A DNA stretch of 64,000 bases. Origin: Acidobacteriaceae bacterium. Lineage in GTDB: Bacteria; Acidobacteriota; Terriglobia; Terriglobales; Acidobacteriaceae. Made by a program: the position numbers and the translations under genes. Of the stretch, positions 53,269-63,206 are shown in pieces (positions within the stretch are counted from its first letter, which is position 1; every line of letters starts with the position of its first letter). The notes beneath the pieces were generated by a model. It did no database searches and was not told the DNA's origin. It saw nothing but the letters and a program-made list of their open reading frames with translations. The DNA lies in contig PLCO01000042.1 of NCBI GenBank assembly GCA_003134815.1, positions 13,174 to 77,173 of the forward strand, in the 5' to 3' direction.

Positions 53269-53420
53269 ATTGCAAGACCTTTAAGACTCCACAGGAATTG
53301 GGGAATCGCCGGAGGACGGTGTTAGCGACATCGACGCATGCAAATAGCCTAGACCCAACGCCCCGCCAATGGCAAGCGCTATCGTTTCACCCCATGAAGG
53401 CCATCGAAAGAGTGCTCCCC

Positions 53421-53930
53421 TTACTCCCCAATCAGTTTGCAGGAGATGGGAAGGCTCGTGCCCTGAATCGCCTTGAGCGGTCCCTCGTAAAATCCGCAAT
53501 CCAGCAGATTATTGGGCGACGATTTGCGGCCGGAATACACGTTTATTACGATCTGCGGGCCCCGGCCATCCATCCACTTCAACATGGCCTCATCGAACTT
53601 GATGGCGCCAAACGTTGCGATCGCGCCAGGAGAGATTTCCTGCTTGATATCGTCACCGATGCTGATCTGTCCCATATGGTCCACATACTTCTTTGGGGTG
53701 CCTTGCAAGGGAAACCCGTAAAGATATCCGGCGACAATGACGGTTTCTTTCCCTGCCGCCAGGGCACTACTGGCTTTTTGAGAATAGGTGACGTTTACAG
53801 AGAAGCCGGCGGAAGAGGCCGGCGTCGTATTCGGTTGCTGGGCATCGGCCCCCTGAGGATGTGAAAGTCCCGCGACAGGGATAAGCAGGGCCGAAATTGC
53901 CAAAAGCTTTAGGACCGGGCGTCTGAACAT
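53421..53930 (-). CDS. Exported hypothetical protein
   Basis: Start at MFRRPVLKLLAISALLIPVAGLSHPQGADA (signal peptide); about 170 aa, no recognised family. Confidence 0.6.
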   Translation of the reverse strand: MFRRPVLKLLAISALLIPVAGLSHPQGADAQQPNTTPASSAGFSVNVTYSQKASSALAAGKETVIVAGYLYGFPLQGTPKKYVDHMGQISIGDDIKQEISPGAIATFGAIKFDEAMLKWMDGRGPQIVINVYSGRKSSPNNLLDCGFYEGPLKAIQGTSLPISCKLIGE

Positions 53931-54025
53931 GGATGCTATCGTACCCCAATCGCCGCCGGCCTGTAAGGGAATCGTTTCCAAAGATAATGAGGGCAGCGCG
54001 GCCCCCTTTAAAAAAATCGTCGGAA

Positions 54026-56884
54026 TCAGCCTGTGTTTCTCAAGCCTGCCGAAATCCCGTTGATCGTCGCCGCAATGGCACGATTCACGTCGGGCGTGTC
54101 TTCGCCGCCCCGCTTGCGGCGCAGCATATCCACCTGGATCAAATGCATGGGGTCGACATAGGGATTGCGCAGTTTGATCGAATGAGCCAACACCTGGTTG
54201 GTCTGGAGCAGTTCCTTCTGTCGCGTGACCGCGAGAACTGCGCGCACCGTGCGATGGAATTCAGCGTCGAACATGTCGTAGATCCGCTCGCGCAGCTTCG
54301 TATCCTGAACCAGCGCCGAATAGAGCCGCGCCGTGCCCAGGTCCGCCTTGCCCAGCGCCATCTCAACGTTGCGAATGAGATCGATAAAGAGCGGGAACTC
54401 CTTGGCCATGGTTTGCAATAGCTCGATCGCGCCTGACCGCGCCAGAAAACGGTCGATGGCATAGCCCACGCCAAACCAGGCAGGTACCAGCAGACGCGAT
54501 TGGGTCCAGCCGAATACCCACGGAATGGCGCGCAGATCGGAGAGCTTCGGCGAATCGCTGCGCCGTGCGGGACGCGAGCCGATCTTCGCGTTCTCAAGCT
54601 CGCCAACGGGCGTGCTCTGCTCGAAATAAGCGATCACACTGGGGTCCTCGAGAATGTGCTCTCGGTAGAAATCGAACGCCAGGCTCGACAGCTCATCCAG
54701 CGCGGCCTCCCACTCTGGCTTGAGCATGCCGGTAAAGTGGCCCTCGGGATCGCGCGCATTGGGGCGCGCCAGCGCATCGAGCGAAGCCGCAATCATCAGC
54801 TCAAGGTTCCGCTCGGCCAGTACCTCGTCGGCATATTTGAAGTTCAGCACCTCTCCCTGCTCGGTAATGCGCAACTGGCCGTCGAAGGAGTCAAAGGGCT
54901 GGGCGAAGATGGCGCGATGCGTCGGCCCTCCGCCGCGGCCCACCGTGCCGCCGCGGCCATGAAAGATGCGAAGCTTGATCCCTGCCTCGCGAGCCACCAC
55001 ATGCAGATCGCGATGCGCGCGGAAGATCTCCCACGTCGAGGTCAGCATGCCACCGTCCTTGTTTGAGTCTGAGTAGCCGAGCATGATCTCCTGCCAGTTG
55101 CCCCACGATTCGAGCAGCCGGCGATAGTCCGGCCGGCTCCAAAGCTCGCGGCAAATTTGCGGCGCATTGCGCAGGTCTTCGATGGACTCGAAGAGCGGCA
55201 CTGGCATAAGCCCGGGATCCCTGCCCGGTTCCTCGCCTGCGCCTTCCACCGCGACGCCTCCCAGCCGCGCCAGGCGAATCACAGCCAGCACATCCTCAAC
55301 CGAAGACGCGCCGCTGATCACGTACTGGCGAATCGCCTCCGGCGAGCATCCCCCCTTCACCTCGGCCACAACGCGAAATGTCTCAAGCACGCTCGCCGTC
55401 TCTTGAGAAAGTCCGCTGTGCAGCGCAGGCGCGATCGTGTCGCCAATGGCCTCGCGCAGCGCCGCCTCGTGAATGCGCGCGTGCTGGCGAATATCAAGAG
55501 TGTGCAGATGCAGGCCGAACGTGCGCACCTGCAGCACGAGCGGGTCGATCAGCGTGCGCGCAATGCGAATGCCGCCATTCGCGGCCAGCGAGGCGCGCAA
55601 TGTCTCCAGGTCGTCGACAAAATCCTGAACTGAGCAATAGGCCGGCAACGCCTGGATGAGCTTGTCCTGGGTGCGCGATAAGGTGTAGGGCATCACGGGC
55701 AGCGCTGCGCCAACGTCCGCACCATCGCCGGTCCGTTCCAGCGTCCGCTGAATGCGCGCCTTGAGGCAAATGACGAAGCGGCGGTAGTACTCAAATTCGT
55801 ATTGCGAGCCGAAGACCTGTGCCTCTGGCGTATGCACCTGCGCCACATAGGCGCGCAGGCGCTCGAGCAGCGCATCGCTCACCGGCCGTTGTTGCGCGCT
55901 CGATGTCAGCAGGTCGATGATGGCGTCCAACTGGCGCTCGTAGTAGAGCAGCAAATGCCCGCGTGCAAGTTTCAACGCGGCACGTGTCACTTCTGGGGTC
56001 ACAAATGGATTGCCGTCGCGATCTCCGCCGATCCACGAGCCGAAGCGCAACACCAGAGGCAGATCCAGTGGCTCAATTTCGAGGTCGTATGCCGCCTTTA
56101 ACGCCGCCGAAATCTCGCGGTAGAGTTCAGGCAGCGTTGCGAAGATCGACACGTCGTAGTAGTCGAGGCCCATCTTCACTTCGTCATAGACGGTTGGCCG
56201 GCGCGAGCGTACCTCGTCGGTCTGCCACAGGCTGGTGATCTCGGCCAGAACCAGTTCCTCCAGACGCGCCATATCCTGCTCGGGAAGTGGAATGCGATCG
56301 AGCGCCTCAAGAAATTCGCCAATGCGCCGGCGCTTGAACATGACGGAGCGCCGAGCCGCCTCAGTGGGGTGCGCCGTAAACACGGGCACAATCAGCACGC
56401 GGCGCAGCCAGTCCAGCGCCTCCTCCGCGCCAATGCCAACGCGGCGCATCTCACTGAACGTTCCCTCCAGTGAGCCACGCTGCCGGCCGGCCTGGCCACT
56501 CAGTCGCAGAGCAACGCGGCGGCGCTTGCGATGATTCGTTTCAGCCAGGTTGATGAGCTCGAAGTAAAACGCAAAGGCTCGCGTAAGCAGAACCGCCCGC
56601 TCGACGGGCAGGGAGTGAACGAGTGCCATCGCGGCTGAGTCGTGGCGCGCGGCCTCTTCGGATTTTCCGTGCGCGTCCGCGTCGCGGCGGCGAATGGTTC
56701 CCTGCCGCAGCGCTTCAACCTGCGCGAAAAGCTCGTCGCCGGCCTGCTCGCGCAGCACAATGCCCAGCAGCGTGCCCATTGAGCGCACGTCGCGGCGCAG
56801 CGGAGCCTCTTTCAGGTCGCCGGATTGCGCCTCAATCTCCGCCAGCCGTTGTGACCAGCTCTCGGGATTCCACAAAAGGGCCAT
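54026..56884 (-). CDS. ppc: Phosphoenolpyruvate carboxylase
   Basis: Motifs VFTAHPTE, GYSDSNKDGG, FHGRGGTVGRGGGP and C-terminal ...GLRNTG are diagnostic. Start moved to ATG 56884 so that it does not overlap the upstream ABC-F gene. Confidence 0.95.
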   Translation of the reverse strand: MALLWNPESWSQRLAEIEAQSGDLKEAPLRRDVRSMGTLLGIVLREQAGDELFAQVEALRQGTIRRRDADAHGKSEEAARHDSAAMALVHSLPVERAVLLTRAFAFYFELINLAETNHRKRRRVALRLSGQAGRQRGSLEGTFSEMRRVGIGAEEALDWLRRVLIVPVFTAHPTEAARRSVMFKRRRIGEFLEALDRIPLPEQDMARLEELVLAEITSLWQTDEVRSRRPTVYDEVKMGLDYYDVSIFATLPELYREISAALKAAYDLEIEPLDLPLVLRFGSWIGGDRDGNPFVTPEVTRAALKLARGHLLLYYERQLDAIIDLLTSSAQQRPVSDALLERLRAYVAQVHTPEAQVFGSQYEFEYYRRFVICLKARIQRTLERTGDGADVGAALPVMPYTLSRTQDKLIQALPAYCSVQDFVDDLETLRASLAANGGIRIARTLIDPLVLQVRTFGLHLHTLDIRQHARIHEAALREAIGDTIAPALHSGLSQETASVLETFRVVAEVKGGCSPEAIRQYVISGASSVEDVLAVIRLARLGGVAVEGAGEEPGRDPGLMPVPLFESIEDLRNAPQICRELWSRPDYRRLLESWGNWQEIMLGYSDSNKDGGMLTSTWEIFRAHRDLHVVAREAGIKLRIFHGRGGTVGRGGGPTHRAIFAQPFDSFDGQLRITEQGEVLNFKYADEVLAERNLELMIAASLDALARPNARDPEGHFTGMLKPEWEAALDELSSLAFDFYREHILEDPSVIAYFEQSTPVGELENAKIGSRPARRSDSPKLSDLRAIPWVFGWTQSRLLVPAWFGVGYAIDRFLARSGAIELLQTMAKEFPLFIDLIRNVEMALGKADLGTARLYSALVQDTKLRERIYDMFDAEFHRTVRAVLAVTRQKELLQTNQVLAHSIKLRNPYVDPMHLIQVDMLRRKRGGEDTPDVNRAIAATINGISAGLRNTG

Positions 56885-56928
56885 CGTATTTCGATTATGC
56901 ACGACGGGATTCGGGGCTTGTCTCAGGA

Positions 56929-58896
56929 TCAGGTCGTTTGACTTTCCAACTGCGCCGCCAGCTCCTCCCACTCTGCAGTAAGTGCCGCGAGTTGCGCGCG
57001 GAGTTCCTCGGCAAGCTTGGTCAAACGCTGCGTTTCGGCCGCCGATACATAGACACCCAGTTGCTCATCGGTGTGTGCAATGGCGCTCTCAATGCGCGGA
57101 ATCTCTTCTTCGAGAAAAGCGCATCGGTCCAGCATCTGCTTTTGCTTGATGGGATTCAGGCGGCGCGCCCGCGGCGCCACCGACGATGTCGCGCCGTCGA
57201 ACTCCTCGAAACCGCCCTCGATGACGATCGTTCCATTCGACGCAGGCTTTTCGTATTGCGGGGCCGGCGCCTCGGCGGGCACAGGCGTAGCCAGCGCAGC
57301 TTTGCGCCGCAAATAGTCTTCGTAGTTGCCCTCATGCGCCGTTACCGCGCCGTTCTCAATTTCAAACACGCGCGTGGCCAGCCGATCGATGAAGTAGCGA
57401 TCGTGAGAGACAAAGACCACCGTTCCGCTGTAGTTGGCCAGCGCTTCGAGCAGCACGTCCTTGGCCCGCATATCCAGGTGGTTGGTGGGTTCGTCGAGCA
57501 GCAGAAAGTTTGCCGGCGAAACAAGAATCCGTGCCAGCGCAAAGCGGTTGCGCTCGCCGCCCGAAAGCACGCCCAGCGGTTTGAAGACGTCGTTGCCTGA
57601 AAAGAGAAAGCAGCCCAGCAGCGAGCGCAATTCCACTTCCGGCACGCGCCGGGCGGCTCGGTTAATATCGTCCAGCATTCGCGCGTCGGGGTCGAGTACC
57701 TTGTATTGATCCTGCGCAAAGTATTCGGCGATCACGTTGTGGCCAAGGCGTATCGATCCGGCCGTCGGCGCTTCATCGCCGGTGAGCAATTTGATCAGCG
57801 TGGACTTGCCCGCGCCGTTCACGCCCACCAGCGCCACGCGGTCGCCGCGCTCGATGGTGAAACGCCCGCCTTCGAACACCCGCTTCGGTCCGTAACTCTT
57901 CGCCAAGTCCTGCGCCTCGGCAACAATGCGCCCCGATGGCGGCGGCTGCGGAAACTTGAAGTGAATGACCGGCTCTTCCTCGGGAACTTCGATGCGCTCT
58001 ATTTTTTCCAACTCTTTGACGCGCGACTGAACCTGCCTGGCCTTGGTGGCCTGGTATCGAAAACGGCTGATGAACGCCTCAAGATGCTCGATGCGCTCAC
58101 GCTGGTTGCTGTAGGCGGCCATCAGCTGCTCGCGCCGCTCGTCCTTCTGCTTCAGATATTTCGTGTAATTTCCCTGATAGATGGTCAGGCGCTTGTTCCA
58201 TATCTCCACGGTGCGGTCGATCGTCACGTCGAGAAAATAGCGGTCGTGCGAGATGAGGATGTAGCCGAAGGGGTAGTTCCTCAGATAGTCCTCGAGCCAG
58301 TTGCGCGTTTCCAGGTCCAGGTGATTGGTAGGCTCGTCGAGCAGCAGAAGATTGGGCTTCGCGAGCAGCAGCTTGGCCAGCGCAATACGCATCTGCCAGC
58401 CGCCGCTGAACTCGTCAGTCTGCCGCGTCCAGTCTTCCTTGCCGAAGCCGAGGCCTGTGAGCACGCTGCCTACCTGCGCGTCGAGCGCGTAGCCATCGAG
58501 CGCATGGAAACGGTCCTGCAGCAGCGAGTAGCGCTCGGCAGCCGATTCATACTCCACGCTCTTGTGATTGAGATCCGCAAGCTGCCCGGCTAGCTGCTCA
58601 ATCTCAAGCTCCATCTCGTGAAGCTCATCGAAGACCGTCAGGCACTCCTCGAATACCGTCCGGCCTGCGAGCTCAAGACCCTCCTGGGGCAGGTAGCCGA
58701 TGCTGATGCCGCGCGTCTTTTCGAGCGAGCCGTAGTCGAGCGTCTCCAGCCCCGCCAGAATCTTCATCAATGTTGACTTGCCCGTCCCGTTGGCGCCCAC
58801 CAGCGCGGTTTTCTCGTCGTTGCGGATCAGCCAGTTCGCCTCGAGAAAAAGTATCCGCGGCCCGAACCGCTTTCCGGCATGTTGAAGCGTGAGCAT
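56929..58896 (-). CDS. ABC-F family ATPase (two ABC domains, C-terminal coiled coil)
   Basis: Two Walker A sites (GANGTGKST, GVNGAGKST), two signatures (FSGGWQMR, LSGGERNR), inter-domain linker, no TM domains. Start at ATG 58896. Confidence 0.95.
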   Translation of the reverse strand: MLTLQHAGKRFGPRILFLEANWLIRNDEKTALVGANGTGKSTLMKILAGLETLDYGSLEKTRGISIGYLPQEGLELAGRTVFEECLTVFDELHEMELEIEQLAGQLADLNHKSVEYESAAERYSLLQDRFHALDGYALDAQVGSVLTGLGFGKEDWTRQTDEFSGGWQMRIALAKLLLAKPNLLLLDEPTNHLDLETRNWLEDYLRNYPFGYILISHDRYFLDVTIDRTVEIWNKRLTIYQGNYTKYLKQKDERREQLMAAYSNQRERIEHLEAFISRFRYQATKARQVQSRVKELEKIERIEVPEEEPVIHFKFPQPPPSGRIVAEAQDLAKSYGPKRVFEGGRFTIERGDRVALVGVNGAGKSTLIKLLTGDEAPTAGSIRLGHNVIAEYFAQDQYKVLDPDARMLDDINRAARRVPEVELRSLLGCFLFSGNDVFKPLGVLSGGERNRFALARILVSPANFLLLDEPTNHLDMRAKDVLLEALANYSGTVVFVSHDRYFIDRLATRVFEIENGAVTAHEGNYEDYLRRKAALATPVPAEAPAPQYEKPASNGTIVIEGGFEEFDGATSSVAPRARRLNPIKQKQMLDRCAFLEEEIPRIESAIAHTDEQLGVYVSAAETQRLTKLAEELRAQLAALTAEWEELAAQLESQTT

Positions 58897-59188
58897 GAGA
58901 TTCCATTGTCGCAAAGTTGAGCGCGACGACGGCTTACCTAGTTGGAGCTCAGTCCATTTGAAAGACCTCTTCGCTCGGCTTTCGAACAAATATATTGGCC
59001 CACAGTGCCGGAGTCGCCTTCAACAATTCACGCCCGCCAGCCGATACCGCCCCGATGCGATTATGATCAATGAGCGCAATTGCAGCCGCGCCGGCGGAGG
59101 GTCCAGATTGCGGAACGATTCAGCCCGTGAGACGGATGCAATCCGCGTTGGGAATCGCACTAGCAGACTGAAGAAACGTGGAGGAGAG

Positions 59189-60418
59189 ATGACAACGAGT
59201 TTGACGCAGCGGCGCGAGTTTTTAAAGCAGGCGGGCCTGGTGGGCTCCCTGGGATCGGCGGCGATGATGGCCGGACTGCCGGAGAGCGCGATGGCCTTCG
59301 GGGGCGGAGCGGCACGAATCATTGAAGACGCGGTCGTGCCCGCGCAGGCCGCCGACCAGGGCGAAGCCGCGCCCAAATTCCACATCAAATTTGCCGTGTG
59401 CGGCATGAGCCACGACCATATCTATGGCATGATCGGCGCCGTCCAGCGCGGCGGCGGAGAACTGGTTGCGGCCTGGGGCGGCGAAGAAGACAAGCTGGCG
59501 CGGTTCCGCAAGCGATTCCCCGATGTGAAGATCGTCTCCACACAAGACGAAATTCTCGACGATCCCTCGGTGCAACTGATTCTCACCTCGCAAATCGCCA
59601 GTGAGCGTGCGGGGATCGCCGTGCGAGCAATGAAGCGCGGCAAAGACGTCTTGTCAGACAAACCCGGACTGACTACGCTCGAACAACTGGCCGATGTCCG
59701 CAAGACAATGGCCGAAACCAAGCGCATTTACGCTATCATGTACAGCGAACTGCTTGAGGTAAAGGCAGCCGTCTACGCGGGCGTGCTCATTCGCCAGGGC
59801 GCGATCGGCAAGGTGATCCAGACCATCAACATTGCTCCGCACCAGATCGCTCAGGGCGGCAGCGGCGATGCAGGCGGCGCAAATCCGCGGCCCGACTGGT
59901 TCTGGAACCCCGATCAATATGGCGGAATTCTGTGCGACATCGGCTCGCATCAAGTGGATCAGTTCTTGTTCTACACAGGATCAACCGAAGCAGTCGTTGT
60001 CGAATCGCAAATCGCCAATGTGCGCCATCCGAAGCATCCCCGCTTTCAGGACTTTGGCGACATGGTGCTGCGTGGCAACCGTGGCTTCGGCTATGTCCGC
60101 CTCGATTGGTTTACACCCGATGGCCTTGGCACCTGGGGCGACGGCCGGCTCTTCATTCTCGGCACCGACGGTTATATGGAGGTGCGCAAGTACACCAATG
60201 TCGGCGTCAGCCACCAGGGCAACAACTTATTCGTGGTCGATAGCAAGCAAGCGCGCTATATCGATTGCAGCGCCATGCCCCTGCCCTTCGGCCCGCAGTT
60301 TGTGGCGGACATTGTGAACCGCACTCACACCGCGCAAAATCCGGATGAGGCGCTGCTCGCGGCCGAGCTGGTGCTCAAGGCGCAGAAAAATGCGAAATTC
60401 GTTACGCTTGAGGACTGA
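59189..60418 (+). CDS. Gfo/Idh/MocA-family oxidoreductase with Tat signal
   Basis: GGAGGAGAG then ATG 59189: MTTSLTQRREFLKQAGLVGSLGSAAMMAGLPESAMA (twin-Arg), Rossmann segment KFAVCGMSHDHIYGMI..., ...DVLSDKPG. Confidence 0.9.
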   Translation: MTTSLTQRREFLKQAGLVGSLGSAAMMAGLPESAMAFGGGAARIIEDAVVPAQAADQGEAAPKFHIKFAVCGMSHDHIYGMIGAVQRGGGELVAAWGGEEDKLARFRKRFPDVKIVSTQDEILDDPSVQLILTSQIASERAGIAVRAMKRGKDVLSDKPGLTTLEQLADVRKTMAETKRIYAIMYSELLEVKAAVYAGVLIRQGAIGKVIQTINIAPHQIAQGGSGDAGGANPRPDWFWNPDQYGGILCDIGSHQVDQFLFYTGSTEAVVVESQIANVRHPKHPRFQDFGDMVLRGNRGFGYVRLDWFTPDGLGTWGDGRLFILGTDGYMEVRKYTNVGVSHQGNNLFVVDSKQARYIDCSAMPLPFGPQFVADIVNRTHTAQNPDEALLAAELVLKAQKNAKFVTLED

Positions 60419-60448
60419 GTCGTCGCCCGGGCCGCCCGCCTTCGCCCC

Positions 60449-60655
60449 TTAGTCGGCTCCGCACTTCGAGCAAAAGCGCTCGTCGCTCGCTAACTGGTTC
60501 CCGCAACTGCCGCAGAATGCCACGCCCTTACTTTGTTCTCTCCTCAGCGAACACTTTAGGGGGGAACACCGCTTACGCAAATCAAATCCTGGGTGTTGTC
60601 CACTGGCCGCTGTTATGACCCGCCCCGCGATCCGAATCCTCGGCGGCACGAACAC
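60449..60655 (-). CDS. Zinc-ribbon motif ORF; real extent uncertain (possibly only 24 aa, or a gene remnant)
   Basis: Only the last 24 codons look protein-like: (V/M)AFCGSCGNQLASDERFCSKCGAD (CxxC...CxxC), from GTG 60523; the upstream part is Arg/Pro-rich and probably non-coding. Confidence 0.3.
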   Translation of the reverse strand: MFVPPRIRIAGRVITAASGQHPGFDLRKRCSPLKCSLRREQSKGVAFCGSCGNQLASDERFCSKCGAD

Positions 60656-60680
60656 CGGTGCCGCACGAAGAACTGACTCC

Positions 60681-60708
60681 TGTTCCCTGCTCCCTACCCC
60701 CTACCCGC
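60681..60708. repeat. Heptamer micro-array related to the GTCCCT family
   Basis: TGTTCCC TGCTCCC TACCCCC TACCCGC. Confidence 0.55.
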
Positions 60709-60854
60709 TCATGAGATCGCCGGACCCTTGCCGACTCTTCCGGGATCGATCCGAGTCGGCGAATGCATTGGCGACATTTCATGATTCGAGAAGTCTCGTC
60801 TTTTCTCTGATTCAAAGACGTAGAATGCTGGCAAGTGTATCCGGGAAGTTAGAA

Positions 60855-62174
60855 ATGTCAGCTGACCTAGCCGATCAGTCAACTCGAATCAGGGTCTTTC
60901 TGAGCTCACCATTTGGCGAGCCACGGGGACGGCTGTGGCCAATAAGAGTGCGGCTCTACGAGGACTTGCTCATGTCGGGGTTTGAGCCGTGGATGTGGGA
61001 GAGAGAAGGCGAGGCAGAAAAAGCCAAGAGTGGGAAGAGTGATGCCGAAATCTTACTCGACGGTCTTAAACACTCCGATATTGTCGTCGCATTTTTCAAG
61101 AACCGTGCGGGGAGCTATCTTCCCGAACAGGCTTTCCAAGCGGCCATACCGGAGCCATTCCACGCGAGCGTGTTTGAAATCTGCCATGCTCGCGCTCTCG
61201 GCAAACCCGTGCATCTTTATGTAGTCGGCGAAAAGTACAAAGCGAGCCTTGCCTGCATTTTGAGTATTTTGGCGGATCCACTTATCCTTCCTGATCACGC
61301 CGAGATTGTTGCGAGCGAAGAAGAGCTCCGCGATGCAGTTCTTAGAAGGCTTCACCCAAAATCTCGTGTTATCAGCTTAAATCCAAGCGAGGAGTTTGAT
61401 CTTCTATGCGAATCCCTTAACCTGGAGAGCCAAATAGTCGGTTTGAGATCGGCGCTAACTTTTTGGGATGGAATTAACTATGCAAAACGGATACCCCTCA
61501 TCAGCGATCTAAATCTTGTCCCAAGCAAAACGAAGCGTCTATACGCCGAGGCACTCTCTTCGGCGGCTGGAGTGATGGCAAATCAGGCAGCATATGATCG
61601 TGCAATTCAGGCAGCAACGCTATCCGTCAGATCCTTTCTTGAACTCGGTTCTTGGTATGAAATGTACTCAGAGATTCAGGCCCTTTCGGGAATCCTCAGC
61701 ATGGCAGGTCGTTCGCAAGCGGTGCGAGTCAACCATTTTGGCTTGATTCCAGCAATGCGCGCTTATCCTGATCTTCAATCTTCATATCTCGATTCGGCGG
61801 GAACGATCCTAATGCGTGCGGGCAATTGGAGGGCGGCGCGCAAATGGCTCCGGAGAGTCTCCCTACAGGATCCAAGCCCATACGCACTGTCAAAGTATGC
61901 GGCTACGCTAGTGGCCTCCGGCAAAGTCCACGATCTTGACGAGGCCGAGTCCACTATTCACATCCACGCGTTGCCTTATGCGGAATTAACTGGCGCATCG
62001 CTGGGATATACCTTGCGACATGCTGCATCTCTGGCAGTTGCTCAGAATGAGATGGGGTCAGCAAAATCGCTCCTCGATAGAGCGGAGAAGGAGTGCCTAC
62101 GGACTGGGGCGCTACATACATTGCGAGGGATTCGCGGGCTTCAAAGCTTAACTGAATTAGTTGCGAAATCTTGA
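60855..62174 (+). CDS. DUF4062-like (TIR-like fold) N-terminal domain protein with helical TPR-like C-terminal region
   Basis: From ATG 60855: MSADLADQSTRIRVFLSSPFGEPRGRLWPIRVRLYEDLLMSGFEPWMWE...DIVVAFFKNRAGSY...VFEICHARALGKPVHLYVVGE resembles DUF4062 (VFISS..F..eR ... ilg.ryG ... E...A...g.pvl.f). The rest is helical with no P-loop. Lower G+C. Confidence 0.6.
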   Translation: MSADLADQSTRIRVFLSSPFGEPRGRLWPIRVRLYEDLLMSGFEPWMWEREGEAEKAKSGKSDAEILLDGLKHSDIVVAFFKNRAGSYLPEQAFQAAIPEPFHASVFEICHARALGKPVHLYVVGEKYKASLACILSILADPLILPDHAEIVASEEELRDAVLRRLHPKSRVISLNPSEEFDLLCESLNLESQIVGLRSALTFWDGINYAKRIPLISDLNLVPSKTKRLYAEALSSAAGVMANQAAYDRAIQAATLSVRSFLELGSWYEMYSEIQALSGILSMAGRSQAVRVNHFGLIPAMRAYPDLQSSYLDSAGTILMRAGNWRAARKWLRRVSLQDPSPYALSKYAATLVASGKVHDLDEAESTIHIHALPYAELTGASLGYTLRHAASLAVAQNEMGSAKSLLDRAEKECLRTGALHTLRGIRGLQSLTELVAKS

Positions 62175-62277
62175 TATGTTTCCGATTTGAAATCCAAGGA
62201 ATGCGGATTGTTGCGAAGTTGGAACTAAGCAAAATCTCTGCCAGCGGAGGTGCAATATCGAGCAAACCAAAGACACG

Positions 62278-63183
62278 TTGAATGCCGTAGGCCTGCCGTC
62301 AATAACACTGGGAATAGCTGCATTCAACGAAGAAGAATCAATTGCCAAATCAATTCGATCCATCCTGCTGGCATCTCAGTACATTCGGAACGACATCGAA
62401 TTCATCGTAGTAGCCTCTGGGTGTACCGATCGCACGGTGGAAATGGCCCACAATGCTTTTTGCGACGACGGCAGGGCGCGCATAGTCTGTGACGCATCAC
62501 GACTTAGCAAGTGCGCCGCGCTCAATTTGCTTGCAGAATGTGCTCGCGGTGAAATTCTTGTTTTTGTCGATGCTGACGTTCAAGTTGAGCCGCAAACTCT
62601 GCGACTGCTCTCGGAAGCATTTTTCAACGACCCCAAGCTTTCGCTGGCATTTGGCAGGATGATTCCTCAATCCGGCTCCAGCCCCTATTGGACCAGAATC
62701 GGAGAAATGACGTCTCAGGCGCTCCACGCAATTCGAGGCCTTCCGGATGGGTCTGGCCTGTGGCTTGTCTGCGGTCCCCTCTTTGCGATTCGGGCAGATG
62801 TGTGGCCAAGGTTACCAGATGGCCTGACGTCTGATGATGTCTATCTCGGGGTCTTATTTACGAGCAATGGTCGACAGGTACTGTACCTCCCTGAGGCAGT
62901 TGCATTTGGGATGTATCCGCAGACTATGCGCGATCTAATTTCACAGAAACTGCGCAATCGAATCGCGCGCCTTCAACTGCGCACTCTTGAGGGAGAGGCC
63001 TTTCGGAGAGTTCCGCTTTGGATGGTATCGTTTGCTCTGCCGCGGTTGAAATGCGCTGCAATCCGCCACTTACCGATTCTATTGATCGACACTTTGCTGT
63101 GTGCTGTTGCGCTATTGCTGTGGGCTGCGGGGCACAAAGCAAATCCCCTTTGGAAACAGCTGCCTTCGACAAAGCTTCGTTGA
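62278..63183 (+). CDS. Family-2 glycosyltransferase
   Basis: ITLGIAAFNEEESIAKSI...FIVVASGCTDRT...ILVFVDADV...: GT2 (GT-A) N-terminal motifs, C-terminal hydrophobic segments; TTG start per track. Confidence 0.8.
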   Translation: MNAVGLPSITLGIAAFNEEESIAKSIRSILLASQYIRNDIEFIVVASGCTDRTVEMAHNAFCDDGRARIVCDASRLSKCAALNLLAECARGEILVFVDADVQVEPQTLRLLSEAFFNDPKLSLAFGRMIPQSGSSPYWTRIGEMTSQALHAIRGLPDGSGLWLVCGPLFAIRADVWPRLPDGLTSDDVYLGVLFTSNGRQVLYLPEAVAFGMYPQTMRDLISQKLRNRIARLQLRTLEGEAFRRVPLWMVSFALPRLKCAAIRHLPILLIDTLLCAVALLLWAAGHKANPLWKQLPSTKLR

Positions 63184-63206
63184 ACTGCATCGTTGTTAAT
63201 GTGTGT

